Positions 1 to 12,690 of a stretch of DNA of 64,000 nucleotides are shown one piece after another. The stretch is taken from contig JAYWIR010000032.1 in assembly GCA_036172245.1 (NCBI GenBank), positions 372,001 through 436,000 of the forward strand, given 5' to 3'. Position numbers and translations under genes: made by a program. This DNA is from Raillietiella orientalis. Taxonomy: Eukaryota. The first letter of the stretch is position 1. Every line of letters begins with the position of its first letter. The notes beneath the pieces are model-generated. The model was not told the origin of the DNA. It saw only the letters and a program-made list of their open reading frames with translations, and ran no database searches.

Positions 1-329
1 CTCTATCTGTTCCTATTAATGACTTCGTAGTGGATCCGAGAGTCCCAAGACGTTCTCAAGATGACAGCTGCCCTTTGGGTCGCTTTCTGAAGTCTTTTCA
101 GCAGTCTTTCTCGGTTTCTCCAGCAGAGGTAGGAAAGGCGTGCAGGTCATAGAATGCAGACTCTCCAAAGAAGAGTGTTACCACCTGGTTGCTCGGGGGC
201 ATTTTTTCCCCCTCTCTTCCAAAAGAAGGAAAAATAGACGGACAGGAGTCGGTGGGACTTTGCGTTTCACCAAGTCCGACCATCCGTAGGGGTGCTTCGA
301 CAAGGTACACAACATCGCGAAGGGGTTAG

Positions 330-1140
330 TGGATAAGAAAACAAATGAAAGGGAAGAGAAATGAAAAAAAAAAGCAGTGTGGTTAAATCGGAGGGAGAGA
401 GGGGAGAGATCGCATCCTGCGATGTGTGGTCCTCAGCATTTTCCGCAACTCGCCTCGATCCGCAGTAACCGGATGACTCCCCTGTCGTGCCGTTCTCCCT
501 CGGCGTCGTTCCTGGAAGCGAAGATCACGAGCAGGCAGAGCTGCACTGCGGAGACGTCAGCTGGCTACGGGGCACAAAGAGGTTCCTCAAGATGTTTGTC
601 GGGCTGTCCGCTGGGGAAGGGAGGGGCTCAGAGGAACCTTTGCACAATTGCCGGGAGGCAACGCAACTCACTGGCAGGTGGGAGAAGGTGTGCCTTTCTC
701 CTTGCACCTGGTGCAGTTGCACTGACGCTCCCCCTCGTCCAGTGGCGGCAACGCCCGCTGCGTGGGAGCGCGCCCGACATAGCGTATGCAGCGCAGACTG
801 CTGCTGCCACCTTCAGGTGGCAGCAGCAGTCGAGTTCGTAGCGAGCACTGGGAGTATCTCCAACTCTTCCGGTGAGACTTCGAAGAGTTTACCGTAACGG
901 ACAGGTTCTCCAGGAGGGGGTTGCTTTTGTTGCGCCATCAATGAGCTGACGCTCATTCCAGTCGCCCAGAGGTTTCCTGGTCCCCACGGTCTCTTAGGAA
1001 ACCTCCCACTTCGCTGGTAGGCAGGTATCGTGGATCTCCAAAGCGGACATCACTGGGACGAAGGGATTGGCTGACGGGGAAGCAAGCCTCAACAGCTCCC
1101 TACCCACCGCCTCCGGCGTTTTGTCGAAATTGCCTGCACT
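330..1140 (-). mobile_element. Degenerate L1/Tx1-like non-LTR retrotransposon, ORF2 C-terminal fragment
   Basis: Collinear nucleotide similarity to 27740-28330 (shared ggaaacctcccacttcg.cggtaggcaggt, ctacccaccgcctcc, ccaactcttc). The shared peptide TCLPAKWEVS lies upstream of a zf-RVT-like Cys/His motif in the family. Frameshifted. Confidence 0.55.
796..831. repeat. Perfect inverted repeat, 17-bp arms with 2-nt spacer
   Basis: gactgctgctgccacct-tc-aggtggcagcagcagtc read directly from the sequence. Confidence 0.95.
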
Positions 1141-1689
1141 TTTGAATTCCACCTGTGGGATCCAAAAAAGAGCTCTCAAGGATCCTCAGCGACGAAACTG
1201 CAGAGAAACAAGAGGCAACTTGTCCAGGACGAGATCCATCCGTGGCTTCAATCTTTAGAATGGAAGTCCTGATGCATCCCTGCCTGCCGGAGAAAATAGA
1301 ACAGGTTACTTGCCCTCCTGTCTTTCGGGCATCAAAACAGCCGTTTCCTTGGCAAAGTTCCGGTCTGACCCTTCCATTAGGGATTTTCAAGTCTCCACCT
1401 CGCTCCGGAGGTGGAAGCAGGAGCCACTGAACCGCGGATCCTTTGGTTCTTTGGAGAGTCTCGGGGCTGAGGTGGCGCCACCGTTTCGATCGGCTGCAAG
1501 CGTAAGCCAGTAGCACGTGACCTTTGAGTGGTTGTTGGCAGTCGCGAGCCTCGAGCCAAGAGTGCAAGGGTCAGTCGATCACGATCTCTGTCGAACGCTG
1601 TCCAGAGAAAGGCACGCTCTTGGAGTTCTGAGAGTAGTAGAATTGCTGAAAAGACTTACAGGTCTTCGTCGTCGTTTCCCCTTTTGCAA

Positions 1690-2460
1690 GCGAATGAAAG
1701 AAAGGCCGAACACCGACAAGAAAAAACCTTCGAGGCTTTGAATAGGAAACCAAGGGTTCTGCACAGTCATCCATTCATCATTGCTTCTTTGGTGCATCTT
1801 TCAATCGTCTCGGCTTAGGGCTGAGTGTTCAACTTTAAGGTCATCGGGTTTACAAGCTCCTTCCCGCGTACTCAATCGGATTTCCTATTGCTCTGAGCTT
1901 ATCCTCCTCTTGTTGACGGACTCTTTCCAAGAAACGGATTTCCTTTCTACAAGGTGCTTTGGTGAATTAATCTTCTTCCCAGAAGCAACAAAAGGATGAT
2001 GTCGTATTGCCTTCTTCATCTTTCTCCGATGCTCGCAAGTCAGCGGTGTTTTATTTAAATGGATAAAAGCATTTTAATCTTTGTTCTTCTTCAGTTCATG
2101 ATTCAGAATTGGTGCCTCCCTTTAGTAGCTATGGAACCTCCGAAGAAACACCACCACAGTTATTCGTGTCAATCCCTTTCATCAGGAAGCGTTCCACCAC
2201 CACCGCCTTTGCCGTTCGTCCACTTTCCATTGCTGGTACCTCACCTTCTGACGAGAACTGCTGTGACGGAAAATGCGAGGCTCATCCTTGTTAGCCCGGA
2301 ATGTGCCTTGGAACCGTTTCTTTTGTGTTTACCGGACCTAACCTAACCTTCTTGCATCTTTCCCGGCGTCTCGAGTTTCCATACATCTTCGAGGGGTCAT
2401 ATTGACTGGTGGCAACACTGACCTGCTCTGCTTTTAGAAGGGCTCTCGAGTCTCTACGTC
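1690..2460 (-). pseudogene. Ionotropic receptor/iGluR-like pseudogene fragment (S2 and last TM)
   Basis: Minus-strand peptides CRKKSVSWKESVNKRRI (resembles S2 K.SP...N..I) and PIQSLEGFFLSVFGLSF (resembles the pre-M4 L.L..L.G.F..L..GL pattern). Contains stops and frameshifts. Confidence 0.45.
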
Positions 2461-5049
2461 CACATTGTAAGCCTGAAGAGAAACGGATTTCCGCTCTTTT
2501 TGGTGGCAGTTTCGTCTTCTACAGTATGGTCTCCATGGGTTCTCGCGGTGTGCTTTGCACCGGAAGCTCTCTTGATCTTCTCGGAGCTTCGCCATCGCTG
2601 CTTCGCCATCGAGTGATTTCCCCCAGTTGCGCCAACGTCCTTCGCGACCGGACTTCCAGTTCCGTTTTGCCTCTCTCATCTATCTGCTGCCACGATTCCA
2701 TCCACCATCCTCTGTTCAGCCGTTGAAGGATGTGGTGGCAACAAGCTGCTCATTGGCAACGAGCGCAGTTTCTGGCGGGTCACACCCGCGCGCGCCTCTG
2801 GAAAACTCGCATCAAGATCGATCATCTTGCGCTTTCGAGATAGGCAGAGGAGGCACTCAAATCATATGCGACGGAATGGATTGGTGAGTGACGCCTGCTC
2901 AAAGGGCAGGCTGATCCACTGAACCGCCTCCATGAAGGTTCTTCTGGGTCTCAGCTACCGATCGGCGCGGCAAGCAAGCATAAGAAATTTCTCAGGTGCA
3001 TCCTCCGGAAGCGAAAAGGGTACCTCGATGACGCCAAATGTGCTACGAATTCTTCACAGTAGATTGGATCTGGCGGAGACGGCGGCAGCTGTTGCGGTGC
3101 TGGTGCGGCCAAGAACTAAAATAGAGCTGGTATCCCGGATTTTTGGTACCGATCCTGGATACCGATCGGGCGTTTCGCTCGTCTCGTCTCGAGGAAGGCG
3201 ACGCATGACCAGCCACTTCGCCTTCGATTCCAGAAGGAATTCACGATGTCGTTCGAGGAGATACTTGCTGAAGGATCATAACGTCAGGTGCCTTTCTTCC
3301 TTCTTAGATTTATAGGACATTATTCTGCGACTAAAGCTAATGAGGGTTTATCTTTCTGAGGGTCTTCCGGTTCGTTAAAGTTTGATGGACTCTGGCTGTT
3401 TTCACTGCCTGCTCCAGCATCTCCACAGAATGCGCTTTCAATTAATGGAGGAGGAATTAAAAATACGCAACTCGTTCCTTGTGAAAAATGCGGATTCATT
3501 ACAAGACGTGGGGATTAATTTCCGGTGATGAGGATAGGTTGGGTTGCAAGCACACCTATCCATCAAGTATGCTGAGTCTCCCAGCATGCATTTCGCCCAA
3601 ATGGACCTTCTTGTTGACATCGGCCGGAGCAGAGGGAAGCACACGCGGTACGTGTGCATAGCGGCGACAGAAGGTGTTTGTCACTTATGCTTTCGGGGTT
3701 CCTTCTTTGTCCACAGTGCCGTTATTTCTGCGAAAGATGGCCAAACATTACCGTCGCAGTTCGCGCGGTTCACCTGGCAACCGCTGCCAGGACGCGGATG
3801 GCAGCTACTTTCAGTACGCAGTGGAAGCAGATTATATTCTGAGGGAGAAGGAATCACGGTTTCCTGTATGAGGTATTGAGAACGGCTTTTGTTGCTATGT
3901 GATAAATGGGTCTCTTGGAAGACCGGGAAAAGTCTGCTGTGCGGCCCTCTACCCCATCAACTCTGCAGATGGGAATCCGTAAGCGCTAGTAACCGTGATT
4001 ACTTTTCAGTAGGCTGATGAAAGTCTTTGCCTTTTCCGTGTAGAAGTGCTATCCGAACCGAAAAACACGCAGAGCATCATGCAGCACAGGTAAGTAAGCA
4101 GAATTTAATACCCGGACCTTCCCTTGCCCTTCATTTGGTGACCCCCGTTCCTTGGTTGGGTTCTCAGCCGTTCTCTGCTGGGACCTCGACCAAGAAGATT
4201 CTACCCAAGTAAAGTTCTGTGTCCCTACATTTCCGTTCCCCAATTCCCTATCCATCTGGGAATCAATAATTCCGCGAGAGGCGCGCTTTTGTAGGTATGC
4301 ACGCATCTTCTCTCGGTCATAAACTGCCTGCGGAGTTGCTTGGTGCGCTGCTCCTGCAAAACGGTATCTCTGCACGACAACTCGAATGCCTTCGGGTACC
4401 CAGGGCATCACACAGCTGTCATTCCGAGTCCGCTCACATATGACCGCTCATCCCTCGATTCGGAAAAGCAGCTTTTCCCGATTCGGAAAAGTTTCCATTG
4501 GGCATCTCCGTGAAACTTCCCTCTCAAGAGGTTCGGCCTGTGACTAGACGGCGGTGCTGACTTTTCCGTCGGTCCACTACAAAGGATCGTAAAACACTTG
4601 CCAGCGAGCTCTGTGTGGCAGCGCTGGACCACAAACCGGCTTTTTAACTTTTCCGTGGTCATCACTTGCACAATCTCCAGCGTGGAAGCGGGCCCGGTCG
4701 GCCGGGTGGCAGCTGCCTTATTGCTCACGAGAGGTCACATGCTGACGGCAGGCTTTCGATGAGATTGCACCTCTGGAGCAATTTCGCTGGAAGAGACCGT
4801 TGATCTCGATTCACGACGGCTTATCAAAGCTGGCGATCTCGCATCGCGCCCCTCGCCGGAGTCTGTGACACTGCAGCGCCGCAAAGAGCCGCGCTTTTTT
4901 CACGAGTCCGCGACGCGCCTTGTCGGTCGGCTACCGCGAGCGCCCGGCGACCTCAGCGCCGGGACACGCGCACCTCCGAAACTTTCGTTAGGTTGCGGTT
5001 GGGGCGTTCGGCCGCCCACGAGAGTTTTTTCTTTTTTTTTTTCCTCCCG

Positions 5050-5780
5050 GTCCGCAGGCCGAGCTGACTCGCCCATGCCGCGCCCAGCAGCAGGCTCCCT
5101 TCCGAGACCTCGACCGGGAGACGAGCAGGCAGCGGCAGCTTCCCGATGCCTGCCTCACGGGTTCCCCTTCAGTCGGAGCTCCCGAGAGAGGGATCGCGGG
5201 ACGCCTTCTGAGCTTTCTCCCGCCCGCGGCAATAACTTCCACTTTCGCGAATTGCGTGCATGACCAGGAGCAGCGGCGCTCAGGGAACGGATGTCACTTT
5301 CCCTTCCGCGTAGACCTCCCCGTCTCCGGCGCGGATGCCGAAAGGGAAGTTCGGCCGCGCGACCCGAGAGAGTAAGAATTCCCGATTCCTCCTTCAACAT
5401 TGGTGCAGACAGAAAGATGGACGGATGCCATCGCAAAGCATTCTCTTCGCTCAGGAATCCGCATTATCATTCAGAAATTTCCCGAACATTCGTTCTATTT
5501 TATAAACCCGAGCAATGGATTTCTTTTCTTCTTCCTTTCCCGACGAGCTGCGGGAGGGTACTGCCGAATTCTGGCGTGCGAGATGCGCGCATCTCCTTCG
5601 TTCGGATCCGGCAGCTGCTGCTAAGAAGAAAAAGCAAACCCTGGTCCCACTTTCCCGACCTGGTCGAGTCCAGTCGCTCATCCCGAGACATCAGAGGCAC
5701 GCTGAAGAAGCGGAGTGCCAAAAAGACTGCAAGAAAATTCCGCAAGCGGCAGGATAGAAACTCTTGGAAAAGACACCATG
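5050..5780 (+). repeat. GC-rich interspersed repeat (family G), copy 1
   Basis: 5085-5395 aligns by eye to 9825-10075 (cccttccgagacctcgaccggga, gagagagggatcgc, gaaagggaagt.cggccgcgcgacc). 5665-5742 aligns inverted to 8268-8347. Confidence 0.8.
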
Positions 5781-6574
5781 TACGTTCTCCTAAAAAGCGC
5801 CGTGGTCATCAGAGAAAATGTGCGTTTGGTTCGCGGATGTCTGCTGCGGCACCTGCAATCTGTTTCACAGCATCCTCTTCCAGATAATGCCTTTTTCACA
5901 CCTGCGGCCTTCCCGCCAAGTTCTTTCGGCTCGGGAGGCGCTCATCGTGCTCAAAACAGGTAACCCTCGCGTTCACGGGTTTCAAGGATTGCGAAATGGA
6001 CTTTTAAAAATCCTGCAGCCTCGAGGATTTTTATTTTTTTTTTTAATTTCTACGGAGCATTTCCTGGGATACCTTTCTTCAGCTGCGGAAATAAGCAGAG
6101 TTCTGCATTCTGTAGAGCCTTCTTCCTATCGGGGGGAAACTTGCATACCATTAGCTTGCTCGAGAGGTCCATGCGTTGATTCCCTGGGAGAAGATGCAAG
6201 AGACGGGTACACTGAAGCGCTGACCATGAGAAGGGCGAGGGGGGAGGGGAAAGGAACTGAATCCTGCTTGCAGCCTCCCAGTTGCATTCGGGATGAGCTT
6301 ATTATCCGAGAAATCGGTTTGCTTTAGCCGCTGAATTTCCTCACCGACCTCTGCCGGCTGCTAGGCGATGAAACATGGAATTTTGGTGGCACCGGGAACT
6401 ACTTCAGAGATGTGCGCTCGGTGAGAGATGAGCAGCGGCCACTGAGCCTGGTTTGAAGGAAAACACTTCGAATCTTTCATTCAGGGATGAAGGGGAGAAA
6501 CATGACCCGAGAAGTCCTGCAGGATCTTGGAATTCTGAAGGAGCACTTGGTGACGATGAAGCACCGGATGATGG

Positions 6575-6780
6575 CTTAATGCATCTGGTACTCCAGAGAC
6601 ATCTATGCAGTCCACCGTCACACGAAGGACCGACAAACAGATGCATTAGGAGAATAGCAGCGATCAGCTCTCGCGAAACGGAGAACAGGAAGCTGAGGAA
6701 GAGACATACTGAAGGGCGACGAGCGCCCCAGATGAACAGAACAGAAATTTCGGAAGAATGTCAAGATCCCCCCCCCCCTC
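6575..6780 (+). mobile_element. Utopia/NeSL-like element, 3' end remnant (ORF end plus 3' UTR)
   Basis: Strong similarity to 38188-38378 (gacatctatgcag, gaatagcagcgatcagctctcgcgaaacggag, gccccagatgaacaga). Encodes CIWYSRDIYAVH. Confidence 0.75.
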
Positions 6781-7319
6781 ATCCTGTAGCCTGTTATACA
6801 ACTGACAATCAAAGTGATGAAACTAAGCTGCCTGGCATAAAAGATTCACTGAATGGGTCCACGGGGATGACGCTTCAGTTACCGAGTAAAAAAAATACCA
6901 AGTTTTTCCCACATTGAGAACAGAAACGATAGAGGAATTTTTGGCCTCAGTAAATGGTGGGCACAGTCTCCGAAATGGTCATCCCGAAGGCAACCAGAAT
7001 GGCATACAGGAGTCAGTGAAATGCCGCTCCGCCTCTATGAAACCCCTGTCAACCGCTTCTCCGTGAAACTGGAAAACTGATTTCGTTCCTCCGTATCTTC
7101 CGCAGGGGTCTGCCTTCAGAATCCTGAGCGAGCGCATCTCCTTCACTTCATAGAGGAGGAGACTTAGGAATCGTGGCACGCGACTTCCGTTTAGGGATCG
7201 GTACCGCGGTCATCCTTCTCACGTCGGCGAGCAGCCCCTCTCGAGCTTCTCGAAACGGAAGCTGCAGCCGAACTGTACCCGTTTTTCCTGAAAGATCCGC
7301 GATGGTCATCCGTCAAGAA

Positions 7320-7890
7320 GAAACCCTTCGGGACAGTGGACGATCAGATCGTAGGAAAGGGAACAGTGTCCCGATGTCAAGAGAAGGAGAATCCAAGCAG
7401 GATGCCAGAAGATCCACTCCGTTGCTATCAATTTTGCAAACTTTGCTTGCAGACTTGCTCTTAGCTGGACGGATGCGTTCGAGAAGTATTCCGGAAGCTG
7501 GCATTGGACATGTACGTGGTTCATCAAAACACGACCGTGTACACGGCTCCTTATGCCCGGCATTTTCATACCCACCCAACCACCATCGAATCCACTGCTT
7601 TTCAACGAATGAAATTTATTTTCCTTTCTAAAAGGCAGGAATCAACGCACTGCTGCTACTGGTTGTGGGACTGTTTAGGGCAGCGTTCCCCGAACTTTTC
7701 CTATGACGGAACACGTCGCAAATCCTGGAATGTTAACGGGATACCTTCGTTGTTTTGTAGGAAGGAAGATATTTTCACGATAAGGCGAGAAGGCTCTCTA
7801 GTTTAGAAGGAGGAGGGCTGCCGGAAGCGGAACGGAGCACGTCTGAACCTCTGCCGCACGATCTGATCGTCCACTGTCCCGAAGGGTTTC
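7320..7890. repeat. 33-bp perfect inverted repeat pair (7320-7352 / 7858-7890)
   Basis: gaaacccttcgggacagtggacgatcagatcgt and its exact reverse complement, 505 bp apart. Confidence 0.95.
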
Positions 7891-8420
7891 ACGGAACACT
7901 TGTTGACTTTGGGAAATCGCTGGTTTAGGGACAGGCCGCTTGTTGAAGGAGATTCCAGGAGGAAACTTCTGGGATCGCAGGGTTGCTTGTAACGGTAGTC
8001 GGAGCGCGTTCCCCTAAACCTTTCAAAACTGGAGCGCCGGCTGTCGAGCACAAACCGTCTCTCTCGGCATCTTGATGTCCTTTCCACGGCGAGTCTGCCG
8101 TGCACCCCTTTGCACCCCCTCCTCAGGCTGTTTGCATGAAACCTGGATTGCAGGTTCTGCCATTCAGAGCACTCCTTCCTCGCAACGGAAAGGAAGAAGG
8201 AAAAATTTGTTCGGTTGCCTTCCTTTCGGTGTCTTTCCCCAGGGCGAAGGTTCCTGCGCTACTATTCACGGAATTTTTCTTGCAGCCTTTTTGGCACTCC
8301 GCTTCTTCAGCGTGCTCCGATGTATCGGGAGGAGCGACTGGACTCGATCAGATTGGGAAACGTGGGGCCGGGAAATTCGAGCGAACGAGGTGCGTGCGCA
8401 TCATCTCGCACGTCTGCGCC
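7850..8420 (-). repeat. GC-rich repeat family G, inverted copy
   Basis: Reverse-complement matches to 5575-5778 and 7320-7352. Confidence 0.75.
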
Positions 8421-9779
8421 CTCCCCACCAGTTCGGCGGGATGAAGGTCTCCCTCCCTCGCGCCATAGGTGCAAGTACCGAACCGCCTATGGGCAACGCG
8501 TCGGTGGCTCGGGAAAGCTCGCACCCCAACTCTGTTGTTTACCTATTCCCTCGAGCTTTGCCGCGGCGCCGTCGAGCGCCGACTGTCTGTCACGACTTTT
8601 CATTTTTAACACTTGCGAGGGGTGTCGTCGAGCGACGGCTGCAGAAAGCAAAAATCCCGAGATCCGAATTCCTGGTCCTCATCCCAGAATGCCACGAGAC
8701 CAGAAGCTCCCACTTAGCGATAAGTAGGGCAAAGTCGAGCTTGCTGCACGGACGAGTTGGAGACAAGCGAAAAAAATGCCCTCGAGCGTGCTTGAATAAT
8801 TGCCGCATACCCAGGACGAAGTTGCGGAAGGTGTCGGTGCAGTGAGGTAAAGGTTGGCGGCACTGCGGTATGAGAAACCTCGGCGGGGGGCGCAGCCGGG
8901 AACAGCACGAGCCGACGATGGCGCGGCACAGAGGAATGGAGTCGCGCGTTCGCGGGCGCAAAGCGGGACGAGTGATCTGGCAAAACCCGGCCGTCTGTGG
9001 CTGATCCGCCGGCAGATCCACATCGAGGAGAGTCAGGGAGTCGGTCGCTGCGACTCTTTTTTGTTGCAGATCCCTTCCTCTGCCCGAATCTTTCACGTTC
9101 CGGGGATTCCGCTCTGCGCTCCTCGCCGCTGAGGTCCCGCGCCGTGCATCAAGCAGACACGGCGGTTGTTGCGGCTCCTTAGAAGAAGAAAAAAAAGAGT
9201 CCGATTTTCAAGAGGCGAAAATTGCAAACTTCCGCATCAAAGGAACCAACCTAAGAGACCTGGGTCCCGGCTTATGGATGAAAACGTCATTGAAATTCAA
9301 TCTCGAGCAGTCAGTTCGGGGGAGGATGCAGAGATGCAATTAAGAGACTTTATCCAGTCCATTAATCGTGCGTATCGTTGCCAGCTGTATCGATTGAAGT
9401 GCGGGGATCCGTGCCTCCCATCCCTGCGTGCTCAGAAGGAATGAAACAGCATCCAAATATGCTGAGCAGTCACAGGTCGGAGGACCGACTCTGCTGCTGC
9501 TGCTGCTGCTGTTAGTCCAAGAGACCCCGCCGGCCTCGTCGGTCAGGAACTGCAAGATGCGAAGGAAATCGATCGGTCTACCGCGCTTTCGAATAACAGC
9601 CCGGAGCGAAGGACTGGAGGCGGCTTGCAGTAGCAGTGCCTGACCCTTATTTTTTCGACACCAGAAAACCAGGATCACTCGGATTTGGTTTGTCCCTGAA
9701 CGCGAAGGTCCAGGTATAGAGAGAGAGAGAGCGCTCTCGAAAGAGCCAGGGGGGACTCTGTCCACGCAGAGCTTCCTTT

Positions 9780-10080
9780 CCCGCCCGGTCCACGGATCGC
9801 CCTTGCCGCGTCTTCGTCTCCCAGACAACAGCAGATTCCCTTCCGAGACCTCGACCGGGATACCCGCAGGCAGCAGCACTGGTTTCCCTTCGTTCGAAGC
9901 GCCCGAGAGAGGGATCGCAGGACTCCTTGTGTCTTTCTCCTGCCAGCAGCAACCCCCGCTGCTCGCGCGCATGGCCAGGAGCAGCGACGCTCCCGCGCGG
10001 GCGCCCGAAAGGGAAGTGCGGCCGCGCGACCCCCCGAAACAGAAAAAGAATTCCCCGCGCTTCCTCCTTCCAGACGCGGG
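9780..10080 (+). repeat. GC-rich repeat family G, direct copy
   Basis: Direct similarity to 5050-5395 with indels. Confidence 0.8.
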
Positions 10081-11235
10081 ACTCCCGCTAATCGCCGACC
10101 CTCTCCGCGTCACGTGGCAGGCAGATTGCCTGCATCCCGTCTGGAAGTAGCCAGCGGATGACATTTGAGCGCCAGGGGGAAAACCGATAGGAGCTCTCGG
10201 AATCTTTCCCGAGCGGCGGCGCGGGCCCGCGCGAGACGCTTCCCGGCGACGTCTGCGCGGGGGACGCCGCTCGACTCGGCCATCCAGCCGTGGATCGTGA
10301 CGCAAAGCACCGGGCGAGCGGAAAGAGCGCGTCTAGTGCTCTGCTTTTTGTCTGCTCCGGTCGGACCGCCGGGACTTGGGAAGGCGCACTCGAGCGGCGG
10401 CGAGAATGCCATCCGGGAGCGTTGCTCAGATCAGGGATGGGGGAGGTGGAAAGGGCGCACGCGCGAGCCGAGCGCCGTTCCTCCCCTCCCCCCCCCCGCT
10501 ACATCGCGGCGGTTCCCTGCGGGGGAAGACGGGAAAGGGGAGGACGAGGTTGAGTTATATTCGACCCTGTAAAGTCCCCGTGTAATCCCTGCTCCAGAGC
10601 ACCGTCGTGTTTTCCCTAGTAGCAGGCGCAGTTTCTCCCGAAACAATGCGCAGATGAATGGATTTATGGCCATTCACGGGAACGGCGGGGATGTCGTAAA
10701 TCTGCATTTAGAAAGCCGACGTTTCCTGGTGCCTCCCATCCGAAAGGTAATGCGATTGACACAGGGAACCAAGGAGCCATTTACAGCGTTCCTTCCCATT
10801 CCCTGGAAAAGGACTTTCAGGAGTCGAAATAAACTGACGGATCAGATCTCCTCCGGCTTCGAAAGGCGGATCTCCCTCGAGGTCCCGGAAACCCGCCGTT
10901 CTTTCCTCCCGCGCCTTGTTCGGGAGGAGATCAAGCAGCGGTCGCGCCGAACCGCAGCCTCGCAGGAATTCAACCCTGGAAGCGCAGCTCCCACGATCGG
11001 GATGATTATTTTGTGTGCGCGCGCGTGTGTCGAATGGGATAGCGAGAAGAGAGATCCTCACTGCTTTCCGCGACCTAATCCAGGATATCGGAGCGAAGAG
11101 ACTCTCGGGTTTGCAGCAGATCTCAAAGACAGCCGAGGCGAGGCGCCGCTTGGTGGCTCATCTCCCGGCTACCCACCTTCCTCTGGGAATCGCGAGAAAC
11201 TGCCTTTCTTGCCGAAAGCAAAGGGGTCTGCTAGA

Positions 11236-11956
11236 GGCCAGGTGGCTGAGGTCTCCGCGAGTGGCCCTGTGGGTCGCGGGTTCGAATCCCGCCTGGGGAA
11301 GGATTGACTCCTAAAAATGGATGGTGCGTAGTAGGTTCGAGCCTCCTCCCGCAAGATGACGCCACTTGGCCGATAGCTCCGGGTGCGACACTGGTGGAAG
11401 CCGGATGCCCCCGATGAATGACCGAGATTTGGAAGTTGATCCTCCGGGGTTCTTCAAGAAATCAAGGAGCCCCTTCGGGGTTCCCTTCCTGTTGTGAAAT
11501 TGGGACATTCCCCCACAGGAGGGGCGAGGGGACCCTTCAACTCGTACCGTGGAACTCCATCTCGTACTCTGCTTCCTTCGGGGAGGAGCCCTTCTGAGGA
11601 AATTTGGAAGCGTCCACTTGGGGTTCGCTCCAGAGGAGGAGGAAACAGGGAGCAGGTCCTTTCCTGGGGTCCCTCCGGAGAAGAAATGAGGATCCGCCTC
11701 CTCCGAGAGGTCCCTCCGGAGAGAATACGGAAGAGGTTCCCTTCTTAGACAACTAGGACGAAGGTTCCCTTCGGGGCACCCTCAACTAAGCGTAAGACGG
11801 ACGGACCCCTTCCTCCTGAGCCTTCCTGGATTCATAGAGTGGTCCATTCCCGGGTCACCTTAATTGAAGTGTTAAACAGTGTTAAACAGTGTTAAAGAGG
11901 TTCGTGTGCCTCTAGGCGAATGGTTCTTGGGTACGTAGCGAACCAAAAAAAAAAAA
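11236..11956 (+). mobile_element. tRNA-derived SINE, near full-length copy A
   Basis: A-box-like TGGCTGAGG, B box GGTTCGAATCC (11279-11289), second GGTTCGAG near 11334, body shared with four other copies, ends acc(A)12. Confidence 0.85.
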
Positions 11957-12479
11957 CAAGAAGATAAGGATGAAAAGACATGTGCTCAGGAGCCGAGACA
12001 CCGCCCCCGGACATCTCGCTGCGCGCCTGCTTCAGGAAGCAGCAGAAGAATAAAAAGTGAGCGTTTCCAACTTCCAGAAGAGAAAGCTTGGAGGAAGCTT
12101 GAATTTTCAGGAAGACGGCACGAAGCAGCACGTGGTTTCCCAGCCCTTCCTCTCCCTCCTTTCCTCCTCCTTCCCTGTTCTCCCTCCACCTTCCTCTTCC
12201 TCCTTCCCTCTTCCTTTTCCTTTCGTGGGTCGCCCTTAGACGAATTCCCTGGACATCCCTCTCGCGATGTTCGAAACTCCGATGTTCGCGGCGAGCGAAA
12301 GAGCGTCGCCCGCCGGAGCTCGAGGATGGGTGTGCAAACACGTGCGCGAAACCGCACGGTGCAGAAGTCGTGAAAGCAAAAGGGGATCCATCCATCACTC
12401 GCAAGGACAGTAATGTGGCAGCAATGAAGAAAGGCATTGGGTTACACCAAGAACTGATGACCTCATAAAACGGAGGAAA

Positions 12480-12690
12480 TTCCTGTGACCATCATTCGTT
12501 ATCCGCTGGATTACTCTGAGGCAGTGATTATTGAACGAATGCGACACCAAGTAGGAAGAGGATCTGTCCTGAAAGCAAGAGGGACTCCTTTTGTTTCTAG
12601 ACTTTCCCCCGAAAAAGACAAGCCTGTGGGCCGTGGAGACATCAAAAAGTGCAGGGCGCGGATGAAAGAACACCGAAAGTCTTGAGGGCT
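12480..12690 (+). pseudogene. IR/iGluR-like S2 fragment
   Basis: VLKARGTPFVSRLSPEKDKPVGRGDIKK resembles the S2 pattern KGSP....F...I..L.E.GI..K. Short and isolated. Confidence 0.3.

Noticed and set aside
4..17. tatctgttcctat as a U2 snRNA target remnant
   Set aside because: Only ~12 nt with a mismatch, at the window edge, with no further U2 sequence.
9491..9511. (CTG)7 as a signal-peptide poly-Leu of a gene
   Set aside because: It is a simple microsatellite and the surrounding ORF has no recognisable product.
11236..11300. Functional tRNA genes here and at ~23955-24017, 40780-40842 and 58354-58420
   Set aside because: The T-arm/B box is present, but the D arm, anticodon arm and acceptor stem do not form a proper cloverleaf. 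Each is followed by the same repeat body, so these are SINE heads.
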